From: Azolla caroliniana
Lineage: Eukaryota > Plantae > Polypodiophyta
Assembly: GCA_043228905.1 (NCBI GenBank)
Contig: JBHGNT010000001.1
Coordinates: 25,978,001 to 26,042,000, forward strand
Direction: 5' to 3'
DNA length: 64,000 nt
A program made the position numbers and the translations under genes. The first letter of the stretch is position 1, and every line of letters begins with the position of its first letter. The notes beneath the pieces were generated by a model, which saw only the letters and a program-made list of their open reading frames with translations, had not been told where the DNA came from and made no database searches. Below are positions 1-13,700 of this stretch, piece by piece.

Positions 1-2468
1 CATAATCCTATGTATGTACGCATGATGTGCATTAATGATTGATGCTGATGAAATTATTGAGTTGAATGTTTTCAGTTATTATGCGGGCATGTTATAGCTG
101 TTGAGCATTTTTTTGTTTGACTATTTCAAATGAAGCAAGTTCATTTTGTACCATGAGAACAATCAACATTTTAATATTCTAATTGCATATTTCATCTACC
201 AAGCTGTCAACAGCCATAACCTACTTAGTGAATCTTCATCTGCTTCACCCTGATAGATTGTTAGGAAGAAAAAACCACACATGCTAAGCCATTTGATGAC
301 ATCATTGAAGCTTTTTCCATGCATCCACATTGTGTCGATGTTTGCACTGAGATTCTTGAGAACATCCCTGCACTATACATGTCTGTATATGACTGAATTG
401 CAAGTAAAATCTTTGTTCAATAACAATACTTATCAATGTGCTTGTGTTCTTGATGATGATACCAGGATTTCCATCTCTCTTTAAACATGCTGTCCTCCGG
501 AACACACGAACTGGTTCGAGAGGTCATTGACTCTTGTAAATAGGCCAACAATTCTGATAATTGCTTCCAGGTTCTTGACTCTCATGATAGCTTCTATTTC
601 GTCAGTTTTTTCTATGCAAACAGCTGAGATCATCACTATACCTAAAAGACAGATTATAGGAGTTACTATAAGATATTCGCTAACTCAAATGATTGGGAAC
701 TTTCAGCTGAACAGTTGGTCTAGATGTTACAGGGCTATAATCAAAATCTTCCAGTTTTGTTAGTAAAAAGCTGGGATACATGAATTGTTTAAAAGCTGAG
801 GTCTTTAGGTCTTTTTCACCAAGAAAACGCAAAGATAGTCTGAGCAAAAGCTTGAGTTCAGATCTTAAGTGCAAAGTGAACATTTGCTGGAAATACTTTG
901 CAACGTTGGATTCCACATCAGCAATTACCAAGGATGCCATGCTTTCATAACATATATCTTGTAGCTAATTGATAAAGAGGATGTGATACTTTTAACCGTG
1001 CCCCTCACACCTAGGTGTATGGATTCATAACAGTGTGTTTTTATCAATTCTGAACCCTGCACTTTTTCACCTCTACTCTTCTTTCCTACTAGCCAGCAAG
1101 ACCTTTTTGTAAAAGTGGAAACCCCACATTGCAAATGAATCTCTTTGTATAGTAATAAAAGTTCATTGGTTCGAGATTAAAGTGTGTTTTGTTACCATAT
1201 TACTCCTGTTCAGTCAAATCAGAATCTATGTGCTTTATTTCAATTTGATTTGGAAAGAAAAGCTATTTGTAACTAGATCTCAGTGAAAGACATGTTTTTA
1301 CATGGTGCAATTTTTCCTAGACTATGGTGCATGGCATAGTTTTTACATGGTGCAAACTAATTTTTCTTACGAAGCTAATTAATTGTGTATCCAAAATTAG
1401 TTTACACGTGCCTCTAAGAAAGCTCTACAGGTAAAGATGTTAGTAATCAAATTGTCATAACGAATTAGAATTTACACGGGGCCATTTTTCTTATATGAGT
1501 ATCATAGAGGTAAATTGGTCATAGGCATAGTCACATACTTTAACATAAGTCTTTATTTTTTTAGTTTTCTCCCTTGAATCAAATATAAAGATAGCAAAAC
1601 ACATCTAGGAACAAGATATACATGCTAAAGTAGTGAATGAGTAACCAATGGTCATGTAAAGAGGTTTTCGGCCGCCCCTTATTCAACCTTCCAGATTTGT
1701 TTTCTACCATCTGGAAATCTTAAATTTGCTTGTGCATTTTCAAATCATTTGATGATCCATTACATAACAATGGGTTTCTATGTATGGGAACTTATGATGC
1801 ATCTATTTGACCATTTCTACATGAGGTTTTCAACTGCCCTTTGCTCAGACTTACAATTTATTTTTTACTTTCCGGAAATCTTAAATTTTCTTGTACATTT
1901 CATCTCACTTCGCTTCTATGTATGGGAAGCCACGGTGCATCTATTTTGTGAACATTTCTTGTCAATCAAGTTCTAACTAGTCGCTTCAACATGATGTTAT
2001 ATTATTCAGGATTATTAGGCAAGTTTAATCAAGTAGAGTAATTAAAACATATTCTTGTTGAGCCAATTCAAAACATATTATTGTAGGTATATAATGCATC
2101 ATACTGTGCTTACGATTTTAATGAGTACAAATAACCTTCACTTTCATTGGAAATTTATAGTTCAACTTTCATTCAAGCTAATCTTAAATACCTTTTACTG
2201 GTTTTTAGTGCTCCTAACCAAATTTTGTTTTCTGAATTCCTCCACATAATTAAGCGATTGAAATGGACAGTATTCAAGGGTAAGCAAATGAGCAGAATAT
2301 TTATGTGGAATGTGATCCAAAACTTTTAAATGTCGAAATGGGGTTTTCATTATATACATCGGGATTCGGAAGGGTTCCAAAAAGCTGCCGAAGCCACCTA
2401 ATTGTAGACCTCAATGAAGATATGTACAATATTACTGTTATTCGCTAACGAATATGCTAATCAAGGCT

Positions 2469-5400
2469 TCAATGGTTAGGTCGGCGTAGTTCTGCATACA
2501 GTGCTTTTAACAGTTCAACCTGTTGCAAGTACTCCTCATTTATCTTGAATGCCTGAGTATTCTTCTCCTTCAATATAGTGATCTTCATTCCCAATGCAGC
2601 ACAAGTTGACTCGACCTGACAAATAATCATGTTAGACAAAATATATATCGCAAAACGACCAAAATCTTCTCTTTACATATGTCAAGACTCAAGAGTATAT
2701 AATTGATTACTTATTCTCACCTTAAGATCAATGAGTTGCTCATTAAGAGCTTTGGCACTAAAAATAACTCTTTCCTCATCATCAATGGTTGACACTCTGA
2801 GGAGTACGGTCGGATCATCTGTCAGAAAACTTGACTCTGTTTTTGAGATTCTTACAGAGGACAGTTGTGCTGCATGGATTGTTCTACCCTTGGATAAATA
2901 GTATCGTGGGATCATCAAGAGGTTTGATACAGGACCTGCACAACAGTTGATCAGCTACAATAATGATACAATGAATTAGGCAAACCAACATGACATTATG
3001 TGCGGAGAAGCAAAATAATGTGAACACAGCCTCAATCAAAAAATATTATCCACCAGAAACTATTAACATATTTGTTTTGAGTCTAAAAAGCGATCCGTTC
3101 AAACCTTAAATACAGTTATGTTTATCGGGAAAAAAACATCCAGTGTTTTGACTGTTTGAGGATGACTACAAAACACAACTTATTGCTAAAAAAAAAACTA
3201 GCGAGAGCTAAAACTGATAAACATACAGATGATGACTGGTTTACCTTTGATGTGAAGCTCTTTGATAAAATCACCACAAGGAATACCCCACACTCGTACA
3301 ACCTTGTCCTCAGAACCAGATATCAAATACCTTCCATCGGTGCTGATTGTAAGCGCAGTTACTGAGCAACTGGCTCAATATTAAAAGTTAAAACAACCCA
3401 AATGCGAGTTTATTACAGAATCAAATCTTCCAAAGATTGATCCACAATTTTTCATTAATTTTTTAACTCTTTTTTTTTTGTTTAGAGCATGACTGTCTCA
3501 CCTATGAGCAATGAGCTCATTCATTTCACGAGTAGATGAATAGTAGGGATGTAGAATACAAATAAATATGCTCCCTGTTGTTGTTCCTAAATACAATAGA
3601 TTCACAGTTGGATGTAAAACAGCTGATGTAATGGCTGACTGCAACTGAATAGATTGCAAGAGCTTCCCAAGTCCTAGACCCCATACCTGCACCGGTATAA
3701 GTTAGCATCAAAAAGAAGATTCCAGGGATCTGGACACTAAAAAATAACAAAATTCTTTATGGATACCCACAGATTTGCTCACCCCAAACAATGTTAAGCC
3801 AAATATGTAAGAGCATTCTCACAGCAATAGAGCATCACAAATATCTATGCAAAGCCCCATGTAAAAGAAAGAAGGAAAGCAAGTATCAAAACATAAACTA
3901 CAAATTTGAACATATACTTAGTGTTTAATTCATAAGTTCAACTTTGATATGATAAAAAAAATAACAAGAAAAATCCACTCTTCTCAGGGAAATGGATCTC
4001 ATCATCCACTTTTCCTTCTATTCAAGTAGTAAATAATCAGATGAAATACTGATCTGCCTTTCATGGAGAAGAGAAGACTATCCATCATTTCTTCAACCAA
4101 GTATCCATACCATGCAAACAATGACCATGGCATGTATACATCAAGACAAACGCAACATTTATTTTTGACCGTCCTTGCATGTAGCTAACAGGTTGGTTAT
4201 CAATGCCCTCGTTATATAGACATCACCATGTTTTATCAAGTAAGTTCAGGTTGTGATTGATCATCAAAAAATGTCTAACAATTTGGGATCACGAACCTAG
4301 AGAAACTTTGCATGTTGATAAATTGAGCAGTAATCTCTTAAGCATGAACAAAACAGCAATTCTAATTCTGATGGTCATGACAAATATAGAGAACAGCAAC
4401 TCTAGTTCACGATTGTGTTTGCAAACTTATTAAGGAAATACTTCTTAGTTTTAATTCATGTGCCTTACAAGGGATTTGATGAACTTTTTCTCAAAGCATC
4501 CGACACTTTTGAAATAATACAAATGAAAACACCATAAGCAATCGAGAAAGGGATATATATGATACTAAAAACTAATATGCTAAGAAATAGATACATACAT
4601 AAAAAAGAATATGCATTTGTTCTCTTCCAGGATATATATTCCCGAGATAGTTATAAAATAGCCATTGAAAAGAGAAAGCAACTTCAAGGCTATTATTTCT
4701 ACCTTGCATGTTTGATCTAGTGATGCAGAAACCACTACTGCATCTGATACACCCGCACCGACAACTACAGCTGACACAGGTGCCCTATGGCCAGACCATC
4801 GATATAGAAAGAGCTTTGGCATTGAAGATGATGCCATTTGTAACTCTTCAGCAGATCTATCCAATATGCTGCATATATATTTTTACCACATGTTTAGTTT
4901 TTTAAATTCCTATTTTGAACTTCACAGTTAAAAAATCAAGAAAAGTAAATGTCAAAAAGGCTATTTACCGTATGAGAGGCCACACTAGTACAGTACCATC
5001 ATCAGAACCAGAAATCAAAAGAGAATCATCGTGAGAAAAAACAAGACAGCTGACTCCCTTGTGATGTGCTGCCCATATGGCCAATAACGTCCAACTTGAG
5101 ACCTAAAACAAAGTTCCCAAATAACGTTCATATGTGTCAATGGTACGAAGGAAAATCCTGTTCATGATGGTACATATATCTAGTGACTAACTATTATATG
5201 TACATGTACTCACTCTCTCATACAGACACAAATAATACCTAATGCAATAACTTCTTCACACACAAAGATATCTATTACATTTGAGATTTTCAGGCCTGAA
5301 GAAAATAGGTTACAATGTCGGTTTCAGAGAACTCACTTCCCAAAGATAAATCTTTCCAGATATGCTGCCACCAACCATGTAAATACCATTACACGTACAT

Positions 5401-6771
5401 GTGAGTGGTATGATTGGCTCTACTGGATACTTCCTTTCGATTTGAACCTGTGATTCAATTTTTCTGAAATGAATTATAGTTCGTCGGAATTGATGAACGA
5501 TTAAGACCTATATTAATTAATATTATTCATCCACGATATGGATTGTATGAGCCTCATTAAATTGAAACCCTTCCCACAAACCAAATAATTACTACTGAGT
5601 TATATCAACATCAAAATTTGTATTGAACGCTTATAAATAAGTTACCACAACTGCCATAACAAAAATATTGAAATACTGAAACACGAGCAATTTTTCATAA
5701 ATCGAGCTGAAATTTTACATTCAATCTCTAATATGAATTCCTTACAAAAGCATAGATTGTGATTGCATTCAAGGAACACCTTCAAAGTTCATTTCGTAAT
5801 CCTTAGCCAAGAATATCCAATAAGAGCATATATTTTATGATTGACATCAAGAAACTGGATACGCCTTATTTATTCAAAGGGGAACAGTGTGCATTTGATT
5901 TAAACTCACTTCAAACTCTTCAACAACGGGAAAAAATGATATCTTGTAAATCTTAAATGTATTATCCTTTTTCCAATACCATACTCAACTAGAATGCTAC
6001 ATATATGGCCTATACTTTCTGACAGAAAATCATTTGTAAATGCATGCCATTAATCATAAATGCATAAATACACCATTATTGATCTAGAATGCTATTCGTT
6101 TATACCTTTCCTAAAATTTTCTCTCTAATCTTAAATATTTCATCTTGTCTTTCAGACAGCATCAGTATCATACCCCACCATCAATACTATTTCTAGATTA
6201 AAACACCTCTTTAGAAGTGCCATATCATCTTCGCATGTTTCTGCCCTGTGCGCATACCTGTGACCTACCCAACCCGCACAAAAAAGTTAGAATTTTGAGT
6301 TTTATGATTTTTTGGGTTTGGAGGGAGCCGTATGGTTACTGTGAGAGACGTAGGGGATTAAGATAAAGGTGTAAGGGTTGGGTGTTAGTGGCTATGGATT
6401 TAGGGTTCAAGAACATAAAGATTTAGGGATGGTATCTTCACACGTCTCTCTTCTATTGCAGCATTGGAAGGAAAGAGTAAAAATACCTTGTGAAGTGCCC
6501 AGAAGAAGATTTCGCCACTTCCAACAGATCCTGTTCTCTGTATCTGTGATGACGCAAATAAATTACGTCCAAGCAAAATCAATCCGTGGCGAGGACAAGC
6601 ACATTTCACCCCATCATTGTCTTCTTCTTCTTCTTCTTCTTTTCTATTTCTGAGGAAATCCCAGCACAAGATGCCCACATCAGCAGCAGAAGAAGAGATG
6701 AGCAAAGCTTCATTCTTCTCACAAAAAGAAGGCAGAATAGAAGAAGAAGAAGAAGACCTCTCGATGGACAT
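2469..6771 (-). CDS. RID3: WD40-repeat protein, ROOT INITIATION DEFECTIVE 3 / WDR18 / Ipi3 family (pre-rRNA processing); 8 exons: 6771-6487, 5447-5337, 5102-4969, 4868-4703, 3686-3502, 3369-3245, 2935-2721, 2615-2469 (~455 aa)
   Basis: All exons bounded by GT-AG and join in frame. Peptides SSSAADVGILCWD, CACPRHGL..LG.NLFASSQ, YPVEPI..L..NGIYMVGGSISGKIYLWEV, HHKGVSCLVFSHDDSLLISGSDDG, SASLDQTCKVW, LISGSEDKVVRVW, KGPVSNL and a C-terminal coiled-coil-like tail follow Arabidopsis RID3 in order. An in-frame upstream ATG at 6903 is an alternative start. Confidence 0.9.
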
Positions 6772-7543
6772 GAAAAGGTTTTTGTTTTTAGAAATCTTGA
6801 AGAAAATCAATGAAACTGAAAAAGTCTGAGAGCTAAGGTGCGTCGGAAGCTTCTGTATTCTTTCTTCTTCTTCTTCTTCTTCTTCTTCTTCTTCGTCTGC
6901 CATCGGTTACAGATATGGACCCAAAGCAAAGCAGAAGCTTCCATGGCAACGGCAGACAGATTCTCTCTGCACACTCTCACACACGCGCGAGACAGATATG
7001 AGCGATGCATTTTAAAAAAAAACAAAAAACAAAACCATTATGTACATATATACTTGGGAGACAAAGACAGAGTCAGAGACAGATTTGCTATATACTACAT
7101 TAAAAGCTGCTGAATCTTCTTTCTTCTCAATTCATAACTGCCCATCAATCAGACAGACAAACAGAACCCTATAGATTCCCATATGTTTTAGAATTAATCC
7201 TTCTAAGTTCTAACTATTTTTCCAAATGATAAAGTTATATATGGGAGGGTTTTTTGGTATGGAGAAGTAAGCACATACATTGATGATAAAAGGTTAATTT
7301 TAGACCTATAATTTCCCCAATGACCTAGTTAATTATGTGAATTGTTGATGTACATTCTATTCAATACAAACAAAAAAAATGATGTGATGAGTATGACACA
7401 GAAATTATTAGGCCTATCTAACAAGTCCTCATGCTTTTCATGAATTAGATTATATGTTGAGCATGTGAGAAGTAAGCGATATTCATCTTGCACTAGGTTT
7501 TCATTGATGTCTTTGTATTTTATCGAGCGAGACAAATTGCCTA

Positions 7544-7836
7544 GATGAATGTAGCTCGGATGGTAAGGTTGCCCGATGGAGATTAAGAGGTCATGGGTTC
7601 ATTGGCATCCAATAAATTAAGAGGATATGTATGAATAACTGTAGAGAGGTTGGAAAATTGGACCTATGGTAAGGTTGCCCAATGGAGATTAAGAGGTCAA
7701 GGGTTCATTGGCATCTAATAAATTAAGAGGATATGTACGGATAACTAGAGAGGTTGGAAAATTGGACCTAGGGTTAGAATTGGGTTTCCGAACTCATGAC
7801 CAAGGGGCTAGTAATCAACAACTTACCACTAGGGTA
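7544..7836 (+). mobile_element. tRNA-derived SINE-like repeat with partial internal duplication
   Basis: A-box-like TAGCTCGGATGG and B-box-like GGTCATGGGTTCA; ~120-bp unit duplicated at ~7560-7665 and 7666-7770; homologous copies at ~22390, 31305, 32340 and 41575. Confidence 0.6.
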
Positions 7837-8443
7837 AAACAGAAGCACATATTTTTTTAAACCCCTCACAAGTTGAGAAAGTGGAAGGGTAAACAATTAT
7901 GATAAACCACATAGACACACATATTAGTGAAAAAAAAACCTAACCCAAGTTGGGAAAGTGGAGTGGGAAGAGCCAAAAAGTAGGCTTCTATATTTCCGAT
8001 ACATATACATATAATGCTTATCTTTGTCTCTTTTCATATCATGGGGATAAAAGATCCTTTCCCGGCTCTATATGATCTTTCTCCCATTATATTGTTGATC
8101 ATACATACTTATTGCTACCATCCACATTTGTGCTAGCGAAATGTAGGTAGTGAAGTGCACAAAATGCACCTAATATAGGCCTTCATTAACCAATTTATCA
8201 TATTGTTGCTAGTGTCTCTTGTCTCCTCCTTGGACTTCGATTGAGGTTCCCATGGCTATACCCCTTCAACACATGGTGCTCATAATGAACTACTTTTATG
8301 AGTGCAAAGGATGAATGGGATGTACAACATCCAATCATGGTGAGTCCACCTCATCCTCCATCAAGTATCGACCCGACAAGCGCTTGATTGTGGAAGTGTT
8401 GTACATGGCCTAAGAACCTAGATAGCGAGCATAATGTATGCAA

Positions 8444-8600
8444 ACATACATACATACATACATACATACATACATACAGACAATCATTACATACAATGAT
8501 ATATACATTACATCACATACAATGATACATACATTACATACAATGATACATGCATAATTACATTACATACAATTATACATACATAATTACATACATTACA
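8444..8600. repeat. (CATA)n microsatellite with degenerate CATA-rich extension
   Basis: Directly visible ACATACATACAT run followed by CATTACATACA variants. Confidence 0.9.
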
Positions 8601-8785
8601 TTTGTTTTTGTAGGCCAATATGTACATAGTTTATAGGGATGAATATACATACATATACGAAAATGTGCCTTCTTTTGTGTGGGCAACAGAGTAGATAGAG
8701 TCAATGAATATGAACAATAAAAGCCAAACCCGAAGAAGGAAGAGAAAGGAAAAGAGAGGCTCGAGGAGCAGGGCAAATCAGAGCT

Positions 8786-10763
8786 ATGGCGAGCCCCGAT
8801 GTCGACGCAGCGATCCGTTTACTGCTACATCGAACAGCTCATCTTCACTACACCAGACAGTCTCCAACAGAGAAAAGCTCTATTCGACAGACCTTCATGG
8901 CCATGGACGAGAGTCGGGACGGCCGCATCTCTCTCAGAGAGTTCCTTCAGAAAAGCACGAAAGAGGATGAAGATCAAGCCTCTTCTTCTTATTCTCAGAT
9001 CCGAATCATTCCCCAGCTTTTCCATTTCCTGGACTCGGATCGAAGCGGTTTCTTGGAGTTTGACGAATTCATAACTCTTCATTACCTGATGTATTCTGGT
9101 CTTCAGCTCTGTGATTCTTGCCAAAAACCTATTATTATGATCGGATACACTTGTCGTACATGTTGGCTTGATAGAACTATTCGCGAAGATGAAAATGAAG
9201 AAGATGAAGAACACCAGCATCGGTATGATGGTGATGATACATACGGTAATGGTAATGGTCATAATGTTGATTTTGGTGATGTATTTGATTAAGGTGATAA
9301 CTTTGATGTTAATGGGCACTTATGGTAAAGGTCATATGGTGTTGATGATCGCAATGATAAAGGTTATAATGTTGATGATCGTGCATATGTTAACGGTCAT
9401 AATACTAATGATAATGTTTATGATAACTTGGTCATAATGTTGAAGTTGATGCATATGGTAAAGAGTTCACAATGTCGATGATCATGTGTATGGTATCTTG
9501 ATCATAAATTTGACCTTGATGCCTATGGTAACTTGGTAATAATGTTGATGTTGATGATTATGCATATGTTAACTCGGTGATAATGTTGGTGATCGTGTAT
9601 ATGATAACCTGGTCATAATGTGGATGATGATATTGTATATAATAAGTCGGTCATAATGTTGATATTGATGATAATGCATATGATGAAGGCCATAATGTCA
9701 AGGTTGATGATATATATGGTTCAGGTGCTCATGATAGTGATAATGACAGTGGTGCTGGTGATGATACATTTGATCTTTGTCTTTCTTGTTACGCATCCAA
9801 GTCTTATTCACATCATCATGATGACTTCGTTGACAACAATAGCATGTATAACCTCCTCATGAAGACTTCAGACAGCTCTTCCATGGCTGTAAAACTAAGT
9901 CAGGTACCACTGTATACAATACCTAGTTGTAATTCTTGTCCCTTTGTTCACGTGGAAGTAGAATGGATGTTGGACAAAGTCAAACCATATAAATAAAATT
10001 GAGATTCTATGCTGTAATTGAATCTGAATTACTCATATATGGATGAGACTGCATGCTGGATAAAATCAAAACATGTAAACCAAATTAAGACCTCTCCAGA
10101 GAAGAGAGACATCAAAATTGCATTTTGCTCGATTTTTTTTCAAGGCACTGACATCAACATAAATTGACTTAGGTTTCTCATAATTAATATTATCTACATC
10201 CTCTCTTTCAAAAATAAAAGAATCTCGAATGATCGCAAGTAAGTTTGAGAACTTTAAAATGTATTTTCCCAGATGATCTAATGTTTGGTTAGTAGAACTG
10301 CTGCAATCTTATTTCACTTGTGTATTTCGCATAAATAGCTTATGTTAAAGCATATGTGTGTGTGTATTTATATATTGTGATATATAATTGTAACTGATGT
10401 GTGGATATGCAGGTACAATGTAGCAGTTGTGGAGATTTTCATACAAAAGATATGCCGGGAATACTCGTTGAAAGACAAAAACATGTTATGAGAAACCAGG
10501 AAGCACCAAATGAGTTCATATGCGAATGGTGTTCATGTTGGATGTGTAACAACTGTGGTAACTTTTTCCAAGGACCACTGTCAACAAGTGGACATAATAA
10601 ATGGTTGAGAACAAGTGCATGTTGTTCCCTATGTCGAACTCATGGGACAAGGACTGACCTCACTCAAGTCTTTAAGGTTAGATTTCTCCATTTTCGTATA
10701 TCATTTATTAAATTTGTCTTCTTAAGAAATTTAGGTCCAGGAATAAAATTTCGGCAACGTTAA
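8786..10763 (+). CDS. EF-hand calcium-binding protein with ZZ-type zinc finger and Cys-rich C-terminus; proposed exons 8786-9245, 9725-9903, 10413-(10676 or stop at 10763)
   Basis: Two EF loops (DESRDGRISLREF, DSDRSGFLEFDEF), then CDSC...YTCRTC, and after a repeat block FDLCLSCY...HHHDDFVDN, completing a ZZ-like finger. The 9904-10412 intron is GT-AG and phase 0, leading to a CxxC-rich exon. The 3' end is uncertain, and the gene is a pseudogene if 9246-9724 is not spliced. Confidence 0.7.
9225..9724 (+). repeat. Degenerate ~30-40 bp tandem repeat (GGTCATAATGTTGATGAT...TATG core, GHNVDDxxY-like when read in frame)
   Basis: About 13 units visible; contains a TAA at 9290 and several frame-breaking indels. 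Confidence 0.85.
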
Positions 10764-13700
10764 GTGCGATGTAACTATAGTTTGTACAAATCTATAGCCC
10801 ATAACGTCAGATATTTGATACAATTGGGTTACAGTAGTTTATCTTTATGCATGAGGTTCCTAATTTTCATTTCTTAACGAATGGATTTGAGATGTCGGCG
10901 TAAATTAGGATGAAAGTAATATGGAGTGTAGTAGCTTAACTTTTCTTGAATTGCCATGTGTTTCGATAGGCATTGGGAGATGCAGAGCTAAAGGAGAAGT
11001 GCAAAACATGTGACATCAAAATAAAGAAAGGTATATTGTGGTCAACATATACAAAAATATTACACGATTCAAAGGTTGTAGATGCATCATCTATCCGATT
11101 GAGGCTTTCAATATAATAATGCAACATAATTTTTGGAAAGATAAACTGAAATATAATGTTATTAAATTAATCCAAGCAATTTAAATAAATATTCTTCATG
11201 TTTTGTAACTAAAACATGACACCCTAGTGCAGAAAGGTGGGGTGGCAAAGCATATTCGTAAGCCATCTTTGTAACTAGGAATATGATTTTGATGCAATAG
11301 AGAATGTATAAAGTTTTTTGGATAAATCCACAGACTCTGTTTTCATCCTCGAGGATCAAATGACTCATGGAACCCAAAAACAACACACAATAACTTCCCT
11401 CAGGGAAATACGAAAGTGTGCTTCGGGGGCATACTGAAATGATGGAAATACAAATAGTGGGTGGGTAGACATATGAACGGCTGATAATGGTTTTGGTAGA
11501 GGCCAGGAACAATCTAATTTCTTGCGAGAATCATCTTTTAAGACTATAATTCTCAAATGGAAATTGTGGCCTACAACTAAGAAACTTTACGTAATAGTCT
11601 TCATGAATCTCTCAAAATGATTAGTAAAAAATAAAAAGAGTTTGTCTATCTTCATATAGAACAAACACCAACAAAGTGCTTCGTTTTTTGTAAGAAGTTT
11701 TTGTTGTGAGTACTAACTATTGCTGTTTGTTGCTTCTTTACATGGCTATTGACTTGTCTGTCACTATAAAGTTATGTTATTGCGAACATAATCATTGAAT
11801 ATTTACTACATGTTTTTCGATTGGTATTTTGTGTAATTAGTACTAATTATCATGGTATTAATTCGATGATACCCTCTCTATACTTGATTACATATTTCAT
11901 TTGAAATTGCCGTTCTAATGCCCATGAGTGTTAACACAATGAAACATCCAACAAATGTTTAAATTTTTATACTTTTTGTCCATCATGCACACTAGCTTCT
12001 AATCTCATGAGTTGTCAAATTCATGATCCCTTTTGGCTTTCACAATCAATTCAACATTGGCTAAATCTATCAAACTTTTTGAAATGAATGCAAATTTAGT
12101 TAAACTATTTCTCTTATTGATATAATGAATTAATGATATCTTGGCCCCATGACTTTTAAGTAACAAACAATATCGTCTTATCTTTCTAATGACTATCATC
12201 AAGATTAGAATTTCTCTGCAAAACATCATCCATGACAACTCAAAGGAGGCTCCTTTCCTCGCACCACCATGCATGAATGACGTAAGTTGATAGGTTCATT
12301 TCACTAATTGTCACTTGATGCTTGAGGTCACAAGCACATTTGTAAACTAAAGAAAATTTATGGTAGATGGCAAATACTTGGTTACTGATATTAGGATGCT
12401 TGTGCAAGGGCTACATGAACTTACCTTTGAAAACTTATAGAATTTTTTAGGGTGCTCTTAAGCAACATGTTGTGCATATTCATATTCATAATCCTTTCTC
12501 TCTTTCTTCTTTTGAATTTACAACTAACCCTTTGAGAAAATTCAGCACATACTACTTTCTTGTAAATGCTTCAAGGACAACCCCCCTTTATTGAGTAACA
12601 TATTTTGAAAATCACTTCTTCACAAAATGCCTTCGCATGAAATGTTCATGGATTTTGTTTGTGTGAAACCTTGTTGTGTTTGTGTCTTCATGAAGTTCTG
12701 TTGCAAAAAACCTTCACGTGAAGTCCCGTCATAGGATTCACCCCAAAACATGGAAATTTGTGCCATAACTCTTGAGGTGATCCTTGTCCAACCCAATCAA
12801 TAAGATTATATATTATTCTCAAATGCTTAGGTTTTAAAGCGGTTATAATTTAATGCAAATGGCAAAAGCATAGGGAGAATTAATTCAATTGAGACAAAAT
12901 AAATGTTTTACAATAACTAATCCAATCCATTTTCATGGGGAGAGATATTCCAAGAAAATACGGTAAAAAGTGTTAGAAGGGAAGGAAAATTGTCAACTTT
13001 AGGCAAAATTTGGAATTCATGCAAGTCACATGTCAGTTTCATGTGCTATTCAATTGTATGTATCATAATTCCAAAATTGAGTATGTGTTGAAATTCCAAT
13101 TGCATCATTTAACCAAAGCAACGCCTCTGTCTTCCAAAGTTGATTCAAAGTGATACATATGAAAGTCATTTAGTGCACATGTGTGAGTTTATAATGCAAG
13201 CCAAGTGGTCTTGTAAATCAACATATATATGTATATGATATTGGATCATTTGTATGGTTGATAACTCATAATATGAATGGCTTAATGGTTTTCGGAGTCT
13301 CCATGTGATGTTTCATCTTAAGTTCTTATGTATATGACACCAATATCTTTAAAGCACTTGTGGATTTCAAGCATTCTTGATTCTATTTAGACAATTAATT
13401 GTACAAATAAGGTTGCTCATGATGTCTTAGACCATATTTTCCTAGAACATGCTTCTTCCTCAAGGTCAAATCAATCACACAAAGGTTGTTCTTTTCAAAT
13501 AATCGATTGTACATGCACAATGACCATTACCAACTTCAAGTCTTGCAATAATGCCACAATAGGTGGGCATTTTCAAGTCTTGTAGACTCGAACACTTCAA
13601 TTGTTGTACTTTGTAACCAAAAGAACATAGACAAGACGAATAAAATAGGCTAGAGTTCATCACATTACAAATCAAAATCACTCTCTAAAGAAAAAGTAAT

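Noticed and set aside
1-1140. Short ORFs on both strands at the window start
   Set aside because: No recognisable motif and no consistent exon chain; cannot be assigned without upstream sequence.
6772-6903. Poly-Glu N-terminal extension (MADEEEE...) of the WD40 gene
   Set aside because: Derives from a (GAA)n microsatellite typical of 5' UTRs, and RID3 similarity starts after the ATG at 6771; kept only as an alternative start.
8825-9862. ORFs 8825-9319 (-), 9168-9437 and 9620-9862 (Met/Ile/Val-rich)
   Set aside because: Shadow frames of the EF-hand exon and the GAT-rich repeat.
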